Source of the DNA: Terriglobia bacterium
GTDB lineage: Bacteria > Acidobacteriota > Terriglobia > Bryobacterales > Bryobacteraceae
DNA length: 64,000 bases
Direction: 5' to 3'
Assembly (NCBI GenBank): GCA_963845785.1
Contig: CAWJTK010000014.1
Span: forward strand, 100 to 64,099
This document shows, piece after piece, positions 18,662 to 28,353 of the stretch. Below the pieces are notes generated by a model. That model searched no databases. It worked only from the letters and a program-made list of their open reading frames with translations, and was not told the DNA's origin. Made by a program: the position numbers and the translations under genes. Each line of letters begins with the position of its first letter. Position 1 is the stretch's first letter.

Positions 18662-19807
18662 ATGAAATATCTGATCGCGTTCGTGATGTTCGCAGCGCTT
18701 CAGGGCAGCCTTTTTGCCCAGGCACTGACGGGTACGTGGCAGGGCGCACTGAAGATTCCGCAGGCGAAGAACGGGGAACTGCGGGTGGTAATCAAGATAG
18801 CGACGACTGATGCGGACAAGCTGAAAGCAGACTTCTATAGCATCGATCAGCAGTCCCCCGCGATCCCGGCGACCACGGTGAGCCAAAGTGGTTCCACGCT
18901 AAAAATGACCTGGCCACCGATGAATGCCACTTTCGAAGGCAAGGTCAGCGAAGATGGGAACACGATCACCGGAACGTTTACCCAGGGAGCCCCACTGCCG
19001 CTGACCCTGGTCAAGGCTACCGCAACGACCGCATGGACCATTCCCGAACCGCCGCCTCCGCCGAAGATGATGGACGACAAGGCGAAGCCGGAGTTCGAAG
19101 TAGCGACGATCAAGCCAAGCAAGCCCGAGGAACGCTTTTCACTACTGTTGAATAGAAGCGGAATGCTGAATACGACGGGTACGTCGGTGATCGATCTCCT
19201 TAAGTTCGCGTACGACCTTCATCCGCGCCAGATCACCGGCGGCCCTTCATGGCTCGAATCGGACAAGTTCGATGTGTCGGGCAAGCCGGACAAGCCGGGA
19301 ATTCCGACGGTGAATCAGCTGAAGACGATGATTCAAAAGTTATTGGCGGACCGCTTCAGCCTCACATTTCATCGGGAGCAGAAGGAGTTGTCGGTGTATG
19401 CCATAACCGTGGCGAAGACCGGTTTGAAAATCACCAAAGAAGAGACCAACCCGATCCCGATTCCTGGCTTCGGCGGGCCGCCGCGGACCGGATTCAATGT
19501 CAGGAACGCGACCATTAAGGAGTTTGCGGATGTCATGCAGGCTCAGTTTATGGATCAGCCCGTGGTGGATCAAACCGGGCTCGGCTCGCAACGCTATAAC
19601 TTCGTTCTCAAATGGACGCCGGACCCCACCCAGAGAGCGCTTGCCGGAGGCGCCGACCCGAATAACGCCGCCCCCGTCCCGGATGCCGACGCTCCGCCAG
19701 ACTTGTACACCGCCATTCAGCAGCAACTGGGGCTGCGCCTGCAGAACACCAAAGCTCCTGTCGATGTGCTGGTCATCGACAAAGTCGAGAAGCCTTCCGA
19801 TAACTGA
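18662..19807 (+). CDS. TIGR03435-family protein (Solibacter-type uncharacterised domain) with extra N-terminal domain
   Basis: It has the signal peptide MKYLIAFVMFAALQGSLFAQ, then PEFEVATIKPS...LLKFAYDLHPRQITGGPSWLESDKFDV...LLADRFSLTFHREQKELSVYAITVAK...VVDQTGL. Confidence 0.8.
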   Translation: MKYLIAFVMFAALQGSLFAQALTGTWQGALKIPQAKNGELRVVIKIATTDADKLKADFYSIDQQSPAIPATTVSQSGSTLKMTWPPMNATFEGKVSEDGNTITGTFTQGAPLPLTLVKATATTAWTIPEPPPPPKMMDDKAKPEFEVATIKPSKPEERFSLLLNRSGMLNTTGTSVIDLLKFAYDLHPRQITGGPSWLESDKFDVSGKPDKPGIPTVNQLKTMIQKLLADRFSLTFHREQKELSVYAITVAKTGLKITKEETNPIPIPGFGGPPRTGFNVRNATIKEFADVMQAQFMDQPVVDQTGLGSQRYNFVLKWTPDPTQRALAGGADPNNAAPVPDADAPPDLYTAIQQQLGLRLQNTKAPVDVLVIDKVEKPSDN

Positions 19808-19879
19808 GAATCGGCCGGTGCGCGGTCTCGAATAAGATTGTAGGGTTTGCAAAAGCGCCGGTTCACTTTATTCCGGGGC

Positions 19880-21535
19880 ATGCGCCCATTCCACCGCGCC
19901 GCGGCCATACGGGACGCGCTTGCGGGGTTTGCGCTCGCGGCGATGAACATCCCGCAGGCGCTCGGCTATGCCGCCATAGCGGGGATGCCCGCGGTGACGG
20001 GATTTTATACTCTTCTTGGGCCGCTGCTCGCCTTCGCCACGTTCGGCGCATCACGATATCTGGTGGTCGCGGCGGACTCGGCCACCGCCGCGATCCTCGC
20101 CGCGGGGCTTTCTCCGCTGGCTGCCGTGGGCAGCCCGACATACGTCAGATTCGCCGCAATGGTGGCGCTGCTCACTGCGGGGATGCTGTTCATTGCGCGA
20201 ATTACGAAACTTGGTTTCCTGGCCGATTTCCTTTCTCAGACCGTCCTGACCGGCTTTCTCACGGGCGTGGGGTTTCAGGTCGGGATAGCGGTCCTCGGGC
20301 AGATGCTGGGTGTGACGGTACACGCCCGCAGGACAGTTCTGCAATTGATGGAGGTCTTACGCGGCCTGCCCCAGGTACATTGGCCCTCACTCGGTTTGTC
20401 TGCGCTGGTGGTCGGAGGGGTCCTGCTTCTCAGCCGATATGTTCCAAAGTTGCCTGGTCCGTTGATCGCCGTAGTTGGCGCTATCGCAGCAAGCGCGGCG
20501 TGGAATTTCGAAGGACACGGCATCGCCGTCCTCGGTGCGGTCCCGGGGGGTCTTCCCCACTTCGGCTTGCTTCAGGTCGACTGGAGCGACGTGGAAAAGC
20601 TGATCCCCGTGGCGGCTTCGTGCTTCGTCATGATCATCACGCAGAGCGCGGCGATCGGACGAATCTATGCGTTACGCCATAACCAGACGCTCGATGAAAA
20701 CGAGGATCTCACGGGTCTCGCCGCGGCCAATGCAGCCGCCGCACTGAGCGGGACCTTCCCGGTCAACGGGAGTCTCACGCAAACCGCGATGGTGGAGAGC
20801 GCCGGGGGGCAGAGCCAGGTGGCGCATGTCGCCACAGCGGCGGCGGTGGCGCTGGTTCTGCTTTACCTTACACACCCTTTGCAGTACCTGCCGCACTGCG
20901 TTCTGGGAGCGATCGTCTTTATCGTTGCGATCCGGCTGGTGAAGTTGCGCGAGCTGCAGGGCATTCGGCGAGAGAGCCCGGGCGAATTCTGGCTGGCGGT
21001 TACGACGGCGGGGGTCGTGGTGCTGATCGGTGTCGAGCAGGGCATTGTGCTGGCCATGATGTTGTCGCTGCTTCGCATCGTTCAGCACAGCTATCATCCC
21101 ACCACGGCCGTGCTGGTGCGGGAGGTGGGTGGCACGTGGGAACTGATACCCGTTGTGGCCGGGGCCGAATCGGAGCCGGGACTGGCGATCTATCGCTTCG
21201 GAGCGCCGCTGTTTTACGCAAACGCGAGCCGGTTCGGGAGCGAGATCCTTGAGCTCGCGACGCCGCATCTCCGCTGCGTTCTGGTGGAGTCGGGGGCGAT
21301 CACGAAGGTTGATTACAGCGCCGCGCGGGTCGTCGAGAGGCTTCATGAAGACCTGGCGCGGCGCGGGGTGCAGATGGTGTTTGGCCGCGTGCAGGCGGAA
21401 CTCAAAGCGGATCTGGACCGGCATGGGCTCACGAAAATCATCGGCGCGGATCACATTTTCTACACCCTGCACAAGGCGATTGCGGCGTGCGAGGCGATGC
21501 TCGGGTTGGATTCCGGTCGGGCCAGCCGGGAGTAA
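19880..21535 (+). CDS. SulP family inorganic anion transporter with C-terminal STAS domain
   Basis: It carries AGFALAAMNIPQALGYAAIAGMP, multiple TM segments and a STAS-like C-terminus (AIYRFGAPLFYANASRF). A TTG at 19847 is an alternative start. Confidence 0.88.
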   Translation: MRPFHRAAAIRDALAGFALAAMNIPQALGYAAIAGMPAVTGFYTLLGPLLAFATFGASRYLVVAADSATAAILAAGLSPLAAVGSPTYVRFAAMVALLTAGMLFIARITKLGFLADFLSQTVLTGFLTGVGFQVGIAVLGQMLGVTVHARRTVLQLMEVLRGLPQVHWPSLGLSALVVGGVLLLSRYVPKLPGPLIAVVGAIAASAAWNFEGHGIAVLGAVPGGLPHFGLLQVDWSDVEKLIPVAASCFVMIITQSAAIGRIYALRHNQTLDENEDLTGLAAANAAAALSGTFPVNGSLTQTAMVESAGGQSQVAHVATAAAVALVLLYLTHPLQYLPHCVLGAIVFIVAIRLVKLRELQGIRRESPGEFWLAVTTAGVVVLIGVEQGIVLAMMLSLLRIVQHSYHPTTAVLVREVGGTWELIPVVAGAESEPGLAIYRFGAPLFYANASRFGSEILELATPHLRCVLVESGAITKVDYSAARVVERLHEDLARRGVQMVFGRVQAELKADLDRHGLTKIIGADHIFYTLHKAIAACEAMLGLDSGRASRE

Positions 21536-21550
21536 GCGCACGCTGCCAAC

Positions 21551-21589
21551 AGAGATTACTTACCCAGAGATTACTTACCGTGATCACGG
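21551..21589. repeat. 15-bp direct repeat x2 (AGAGATTACTTACC[C/G]) abutting a perfect 12-bp palindrome CCGTGATCACGG
   Basis: Read directly at 21551-21565, 21566-21580 and 21578-21589, in the sulP-icd intergenic region. Confidence 0.7.
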
Positions 21590-21971
21590 ATGTACACGGA
21601 AATCTGCGAGCCCTCGAACCTCGGTGATCACCTTTCCGGCCTATGCAGGCCGCGGCCATAGCCGATGCGCTTATGAGCGAGGCATAGCCAGCCCGGAGAA
21701 GCGGCGGAGAGACTGTCGACGGAAGCGGCATTCGGCTTCGGACGTGTGGCCTGCGATCCGCTGGGAGCGGGTCCATGGTGTCGTGGGTTGACCGATTCGG
21801 CATGCGTGCGACCCGTCGGCTCGCAGCCGGCGCGCCGGTGGCGGCGGAGGAGCAAGTCAACCAACGGAATCAATGCTTTGCCGTGTGATTCAGCGGGTTG
21901 GTGATATCATACGCATTCAGTTTGAGACCGCTTTTGCGAAGCGCGTTCTCTCCGCACTCACTCATATACAT

Positions 21972-24218
21972 ATGAAGCTCACGTGGACCAAGACCGACGA
22001 GGCGCCGGCGCTCGCGTCATACGCGCTGCTGCCCATCCTGCGCGCTTACTTCAAAGGGACGGGGGTGGAGATCGAAACGGCCGACATCTCGCTCGCCGGC
22101 CGTATTGTCGCCAACTTCCCTGAGTGTCTTCCGCAAGATCAAAGAATTCCCGACGAGTTGACGCGCCTGGGAGAGTTGGCAAAGACACCCGAAGCCAACA
22201 TCGTCAAGCTGCCCAACATCAGCGCATCGATTCCGCAGCTGCGGGACGCGATCGCCGAACTTCAGGGGAAGGGCTACAACATTCCCGACTATCCAGACAA
22301 CGCCTCTACGGAGGAGGAGCGCGCGGTGCAGGCCCGGTTTGCCGTAGTCCTGGGCTCGGCCGTGAATCCGGTGTTGCGCGAAGGCAATTCCGACCGGCGC
22401 GCTCCCGCGGCCGTGAAAGCGTTCGCGCGGAAGCATCCAAATAAGATGAAGGCCTGGCCGACCTCCGGCTCGGTGACGCGTGTCGCCCACATGAGCGACA
22501 AGGACTTCTTTGGCAGCGAGAAATCCGCGACGGTGAGCTGCGCCGCACCCAATTCAACCGCACCCAATTCAACCAGCGTGGCGCGTATCGAATTCGTGGA
22601 TTCCGCCGGCGCGGTGAAAGTCCTGAAGCAACGAATCCTTTTGACCGATGGCGAAGTTGTCGACTCCGCCGTCATGAACGTGGCTGCGTTGCGGAAATTC
22701 TATGCGGAGCAGATCGCTGCCGCTAAAGCCGACAATGCGCTGTTCTCGCTGCATCTGAAGTGCACGATGATGAAGGTATCCGACCCGATTATGTTCGGGC
22801 ATTGTGTGGCAGAGTATTTCGCCCCAGCCCTGCAGAAACATGCGGGCGTCCTCGCGGAGATCGGCGCGAACGTAAACAACGGGCTGTCCGACGTGCTCGG
22901 CAAACTCGGCCAGCTTCCCGCCGGGAAAAAGGCTGAGATTGAAGCCGATATCGCAGCTTGTTACGAAGGGCGTCCCGGTCTGGCGATGGTGGATTCGCGT
23001 GCGGGCAGGACCAACCTTCATGTTCCCAGTGACGTGATCATCGATGCATCGATGCCCGTGGTGATCCGTGATGGCGGCAAGATGTGGAACAAAGACGATG
23101 GGCTGCAAGACACCGTTGCGGTGATCCCGGACCGATGCTACGCCACCATGTATCAGGCCGTGATCGAGGACTGCAAGGAGAACGGACAGTTCGATCCGGC
23201 GACCATGGGTAGCGTGTCGAACGTTGGATTGATGGCTCAGAAGGCCGAAGAGTACGGTTCGCACGACAAGACGTTTGTGGCGCCGGGCGACGGAACGATT
23301 CGCATTGTAACTGACGGCGGCAAAGTCCTGCTCGAACAGAGCGTGGAGCGTGGCGATATCTTCCGCGCCTGCCAGACGAAAGATGAACCCATCCGCGACT
23401 GGGTGAAGCTGGGCGTGACACGGGCGCGGGCAAGCGGCACACCCGCGGTGTTCTGGCTCGACCCGGATCGCGGCCACGATGCGCAAATTATTCAGAAGGT
23501 GAAAACCTATTTGGGGGACCATGACCTCTCCGGTCTGGAAATCAAGATCCTGAAGCCCGTGGACGCGATGAAATTCTCGCTCGAGCGAATTCGCCGTGGC
23601 GAAAACACCATCTCCGTTACGGGTAACGTGCTTCGCGACTATCTCACCGACCTGTTCCCGATTCTCGAGTTGGGGACGAGCGCCCGTATGCTCTCGATTG
23701 TGCCACTGCTGCAGGGCGGCCAGTTGTTTGAAACGGGAGCCGGTGGTTCCGCGCCCAAGCATGTTCAGCAGCTGGTGAAAGAAGGTCATCTGCGCTGGGA
23801 CTCGCTCGGGGAGTACTGTGCGCTGGCGCCATCGCTGGAGCTGATAGCAGCAAAGAGCGGCAACCCGCGTGCGGAGGTCCTTTCGAAAACGCTGGACGAG
23901 GCCATCGGCCAGTACCTCGAAGACGCCCGGTACCCGTCGCAAAAGGTGAACGAGATCGACAACCGCGGTTCGACGTACTATCTCGCGCTGGCGTGGGCAA
24001 AGGCGCTCGCCGCCCAGGATGAGGACGAGGATTTAAAGCAACGCTTCACTCCGGTGGCCGCCGCGCTGGCGGCGGCCGAGAGCAGGATCACGCAGGAGTT
24101 GCTGGGGGCGCAGGGCAAACCAGTGGACATCGGGGGGTACTATTTTCCGGACGACGATAAGTGTGTCGCAGCGATGCGGCCCAGCGCTACATTGAACGCG
24201 ATCATCGATCGAATGTAG
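21972..24218 (+). CDS. icd: NADP-dependent isocitrate dehydrogenase, monomeric type
   Basis: It has [23 protein letters not shown] and a length of about 748 aa. [17 protein letters not shown] and the rest resemble Azotobacter-type monomeric IDH. Confidence 0.92.
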   Translation: MKLTWTKTDEAPALASYALLPILRAYFKGTGVEIETADISLAGRIVANFPECLPQDQRIPDELTRLGELAKTPEANIVKLPNISASIPQLRDAIAELQGKGYNIPDYPDNASTEEERAVQARFAVVLGSAVNPVLREGNSDRRAPAAVKAFARKHPNKMKAWPTSGSVTRVAHMSDKDFFGSEKSATVSCAAPNSTAPNSTSVARIEFVDSAGAVKVLKQRILLTDGEVVDSAVMNVAALRKFYAEQIAAAKADNALFSLHLKCTMMKVSDPIMFGHCVAEYFAPALQKHAGVLAEIGANVNNGLSDVLGKLGQLPAGKKAEIEADIAACYEGRPGLAMVDSRAGRTNLHVPSDVIIDASMPVVIRDGGKMWNKDDGLQDTVAVIPDRCYATMYQAVIEDCKENGQFDPATMGSVSNVGLMAQKAEEYGSHDKTFVAPGDGTIRIVTDGGKVLLEQSVERGDIFRACQTKDEPIRDWVKLGVTRARASGTPAVFWLDPDRGHDAQIIQKVKTYLGDHDLSGLEIKILKPVDAMKFSLERIRRGENTISVTGNVLRDYLTDLFPILELGTSARMLSIVPLLQGGQLFETGAGGSAPKHVQQLVKEGHLRWDSLGEYCALAPSLELIAAKSGNPRAEVLSKTLDEAIGQYLEDARYPSQKVNEIDNRGSTYYLALAWAKALAAQDEDEDLKQRFTPVAAALAAAESRITQELLGAQGKPVDIGGYYFPDDDKCVAAMRPSATLNAIIDRM

Positions 24219-24523
24219 CGGGGGCTTTTTACGGGCGAACCTGGACGGGGTGAACCAACGGAGCCCTTAGCCTCGACGCATTAAGGGTCTCAATCGCAGC
24301 GAGTTGAGGACGGGCGACTGTGACCGGGGTGGTTCCCGACGAACAGGCTGCCCTGAACCGAGTAACGCGTTTCTCTGCGATGTCCCAGGTCATATGAGAG
24401 TCCAGGAAACCTGGCCCCGCCAGCTTTCTACGCCGGCCTCGCGCCCGGGGAAATCGACGGTCTCGATCAGGGTTTCGCGATCAACGTGGGCCGTCGTCTG
24501 AAGCTTCCTGCGGCAGAGGGACA

Positions 24524-24628
24524 CCGGCGACAAGATCGCCGGCGCTACCAGCACCATTGAAAAACCGCCCTGAAGTGACCGAAAAACTACGCGCCGAGCT
24601 GGGGCTCGGCGGCAGGCCTGCCCCACGA
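24524..24628. repeat. Copy C of the structured repeat (inverted relative to the era copy), with both hairpins
   Basis: It has CCGGCGACAAGATCGCCGGCGCTACC, then about 40 nt, then the hairpin GCCGAGC-TGGG-GCTCGGC (24593-24610), then GGCAGGCCTGCCCCAC. This matches the reverse complement of 51310-51407. Confidence 0.6.
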
Positions 24629-24746
24629 TGAAATTGCGAGCGGATCGAACGGTTTTTCGTAGTTGCTCGTGGACGCAGGTCCATCTGGACAGGGCGGAAC
24701 CGCGCGCAGGGCAGCGGTCGCGGTTGGGAAACTCTTTCAGCGATGG

Positions 24747-25748
24747 CTAATTCTCGCTCGGCATCTTTTCCACGTAGTCGACGATGAATTGATCCACCAT
24801 TGCTTTGCGGGACTCCAGCTTCAAGCCCATCGATTGCACGGCGTCCGTTACTGACGAACCTCCGCCGCCGGGATCCGGCGCGATCTGTATTCCCGCGCCC
24901 GCGCCGCCCGGCGCAGCCATCGGAATATTCGCGCCCGCCGCTCTCGCCAGCGCGATTATTTCCGCCAGCGAGATTTCGAGGGATGCATCGTAGTTGCCTT
25001 TGATGCCGGTCATGTCCACAATTTGCCGTCCCCGCTGCGCCGCCGCCCAATTAGCGTCATCAGTTGAGTCATCATATCGGCAAAGCCAGGCATCGTCGTC
25101 ATGCGTGAAATCTATATGCATCGATTGCGTGGCGGGGTTCAGCTTGTAGGACATTTTGCCCTTAAGTCCCATATCGACTACCGAACTGCCGGTCGAAAGA
25201 TCGACTTTGCGCGCACTGGTCCCTCCGGACCATCCATCTTCATCTCGCCTGGTTTGAGGGGCGCGCTCTCATCGATGGCAACCGGCTTGTTCGGCGAAGC
25301 CTTCAGTTTCGGACCACCCTTACCCATCACCAGCGCCAACACGGGATGTTCCGCACTGGCGCGATGCGCCATCAGATTAAAGCGATCTTCGAGAAGCGAT
25401 TGCAGCATTTTCGGCGCGTCATCTTTCGTCGAGCCCTGCGGCATTTTGGCTACGATATCGAAACGCGTCGTGGCCATCCAGTCGGGCCCGGTGATCTGGT
25501 AAGGCTTCACGCCGTAGGCATACTCAAGAGGGTCTTCAGATCCAGGTAACGGTATTCGGCTCTGCCGGACCCGATATCCGCTCCAAAGGGCATCTTTCCA
25601 CCGCCTCGCAGCGCCGCCAGCATTTTGGCCTGATCCATGGGCTGGGCGGGTTTGATTGTGGCCACTTCGAAGGATGGCTTTGTCTGCGCGAAGGCCCAAC
25701 GGCCGTAAGAGCCAGGCAGATCGCGAGTTCCCGGAACGTTTGCCGCAT
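24747..25748 (-). pseudogene. TIGR03435-family paralog broken by three frameshifts
   Basis: The pieces lie in three frames: MRQTFRELAICLALTAVG | AFAQTKPSFEVATIKPAQP...YRYLDLKTLL | EYAYGVKPYQITGPDWMATTRFDIVAKMP...GPVRAK | VDLSTGSSVVDMGLKGK...IVDMTGIKGNYDASL...FIVDYVEKMPSEN. The joins are near 25695, 25526 and 25200. Confidence 0.8.
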
Positions 25749-25879
25749 ATGGTTGGTTTCCTCCGGCTATTCGGCGCCCGACTATTCGGACGGATAATTA
25801 AGGTGTGTGATTCACGTGTAAGGATATCAGTGAATTCGTAAGACCTTTTGACGGTCTCAGACTGACGCCGTGAAATTTG

Positions 25880-25898
25880 CCGGAGACAAGATCGCCGG
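25880..25898. repeat. Copy D of the hairpin core (CCGGAGA-CAAGA-TCGCCGG, one stem mismatch)
   Basis: Read directly, in the intergenic region between the TIGR03435 pseudogene and the PAS kinase. Confidence 0.5.
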
Positions 25899-25973
25899 CG
25901 CCGCAGGGCGGTGTACCATCGTTCACCAAACAAGCGTCGCATGTGAAATCCATTCCATTTTGGCCGCGAAAGC

Positions 25974-28350
25974 GTGGCTATAATTCAGTTTGGTTTTCCA
26001 GGGTTCATATTGAGTACTACATCGAGCAACAGGGTTGTCCCCGATCCGATTTCTTCTTTTCTCGAATCGGGCGCAAGGGGATCCGGGCTTTTGCATGCCG
26101 TCCTGGATGTCCTGCCGAACCCATTATTGGTCTTTGATACGGGCCGTCGTCTGATTTTCGCCAACGCCGAAGCTGTTCGCTATCTGACCGAGCGCAATCT
26201 GCCGCTCGACGGCGAGCCGGGAGCGCTGTGCGCAGCGGTCAGGGTTTTCGACGCCTCATCCCGCGACCCCCTGCCGCCCGAACGTCTGCCGCTGGCGCGC
26301 GCGCTGCGGGGCGAAACGGTCAGCAACACGGAGTATGTGGTGCGGCCAGCACGGCGCGGCGCCTCAATCTGGATCGAGTGCGGCGCACGGCCTGTCCGCG
26401 GCTCGGCGGGAACCATTCGCGGGGCGGTTCTCACATTCAGTGACATTACGCAACGCAAGAAGCGCGAACTCTCGGAGGAATCCGCGGCGCAGCTTCACGA
26501 CTTTATCTATCACGGAAATCTGGCGGGAATCCTGCACACCACGGTCGACGGGCGCATCCTCGACTGCAACGATGCGATCGTGCGCATGTTCGGCTATGCG
26601 TCGAAAGAGGAATTGAAGGCTGTCCGCGCGCCGCAACTCTACTATGATCCCGCGGATCGCGAGCGTCTGATGCGCCTCGTCCGGCTTTCGCATCATGTGC
26701 GGGAGTTCGAAATGTCGTTCCGCCGCCGCGACAACGTTCGCCGTTGGGCGCTGATCAGCACACGCCTGTTCGACCCGCCGCCCGGCGAGGTCGGAGGCAA
26801 CCTGATTTCCACCGTTATCGATATAACCGAACGCAAACTTTCGGAAGAGGCGGTGCGGCACAGCCAGCAGAGATTCGCGGCGTTCATGCGCTATCTTCCC
26901 GGGATTGCTTTCATCAAAGACTTAAGCGGGAAGTATCTCTATTACAACGATGCGGCGTGGGCGCAATTCCGGAAACAGCCCGAGGACATTGTGGGGAAGA
27001 CCGATGAGGACGTCTGGGCCGCCGAAGACGCAGCGCGCTATCGGGCGAACGACGCCGCGGTGATTGAGGGCGGGCGCCCGCTGGAATTTGTCGAGCCGAT
27101 GGTCCAGGACGACGGGATTCATTCGTGGCTGATTTATAAATTCCCCATCATGGAGGACGGCGCGGTTGCTCTGGTCGGGGCGATTGGAATCGATATCACG
27201 GAGCGGCGAAATCTGGAAGATCAGCTCACGCAGGCGCGCAAGATGGAGGCGCTCGGCCGTCTCGCAGGAGGTGTGGCGCACGATTTTAATAATCTGCTGA
27301 CGGTGATTTCGGGTTATGCGCAGCTGGCGCTGGAAGGGCTCGGATCCGCGTCCACGTCGCGCATGTCGACTTATCTGCAGGAGATACTCAATTCCTCGCG
27401 GCGCGCTTCGGGATTGACCGGGCAGCTTCTCGCCTTCAGCCGCCGGCAGGCGGTGCAGCCAAGAGTGCTCGACCTCTGCGTGCTGCTGCGAAATATTGAA
27501 CGCCTGCTGCAGCGGATGATCGGCGAGCATGTCGATCTCAGCGTACGCTGCGGTCCCGAGCCCTGCCTGGTACACGCCGACGCACACCAGATGGAACAGG
27601 TGCTGATGAACCTCGCGGTCAATGCGCGAGACGCGATGCCGCTCGGCGGGACTCTCGAAATCGAATGCGAACGGCTCCCGGAACCGGTGGAACGTCCGGG
27701 AAAACAGCCGCTGAGTGTCGCGCTGGAGGTTTGCGATACAGGAGTCGGCATGGACGCCGCGGTGAAGGCGCAGATGTTCGAACCATTCTTCACATCGAAG
27801 GATAAGGGGAAGGGAACGGGGCTGGGACTCTCGACGGTTTACGGGATTGTTTCACAAGCGGGCGGCGAGATCGATGTGCAAAGCGAACCGGGGCACGGAA
27901 GCAGGTTTCGGATTTATTTCCCGGAGGCGGCGGGGGATGCGGAGCCGGCGCGATCGTCGACGACCGACGGCGCGCCCGTCGGACTGGAGACGGTGTTGCT
28001 GGTGGAGGACGAGCCGAGCGTGCGCGCTCTCGCCGAGACCGTTCTGAAGAAGCTCGGGTACAACGTTCTGGTGGCGGACTCCGGGGCGGCCGCGCTCGAA
28101 ATCTGGAACACGCGGAGGGATTCCATCGACATTCTTGCTGACCGATGTGATCATGCCGCATATGAGCGGCGGCGAACTGGCGCACCAGTTGCGCGAGATG
28201 AATCCTCAGCTGAAGATCCTGTTCATGTCGGGCTATACGGACGATATGATTGCGAGTCACGGGGTATTGGTGGGCGAGACGCAATTGATCCAGAAGCCGT
28301 TCACGGCCGAGGCGCTGGGGCGCAAACTCCGTGATGTGCTGGACGCGTAG
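25974..28350 (+). pseudogene. PAS-domain hybrid sensor histidine kinase/response regulator, with a +1 frameshift in the receiver domain
   Basis: It has PAS repeats, HisKA (LAGGVAHDFNNLL), HATPase (GTGLGLSTVYGIV) and a receiver (VLLVEDEPSVR...DSIDIL). The frame then switches at 28134-28137 into LTDVIMPHMSGGEL...ILFMSGY...KPF (ORF 28135..28350). Confidence 0.82.
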
Positions 28351-28353
28351 AAT

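Noticed and set aside
21536-21971. Structured RNA gene (RNase P, tmRNA, 6S, SRP or riboswitch) or tRNA in the long spacers (also 4393-4777, 24219-24746, 47889-48096, 57182-57575)
   Set aside because: I found no tRNA cloverleaf with a GTTCRANYC T-loop and no conserved cores of the common RNAs by eye. This cannot be excluded without covariance-model scans (Infernal/Rfam, tRNAscan-SE).
28135-28350. Stand-alone 71-aa response-regulator-like ORF
   Set aside because: It lacks the N-terminal half of a receiver domain, which is found at the end of the preceding kinase ORF in another frame. It is the displaced 3' part of that gene.
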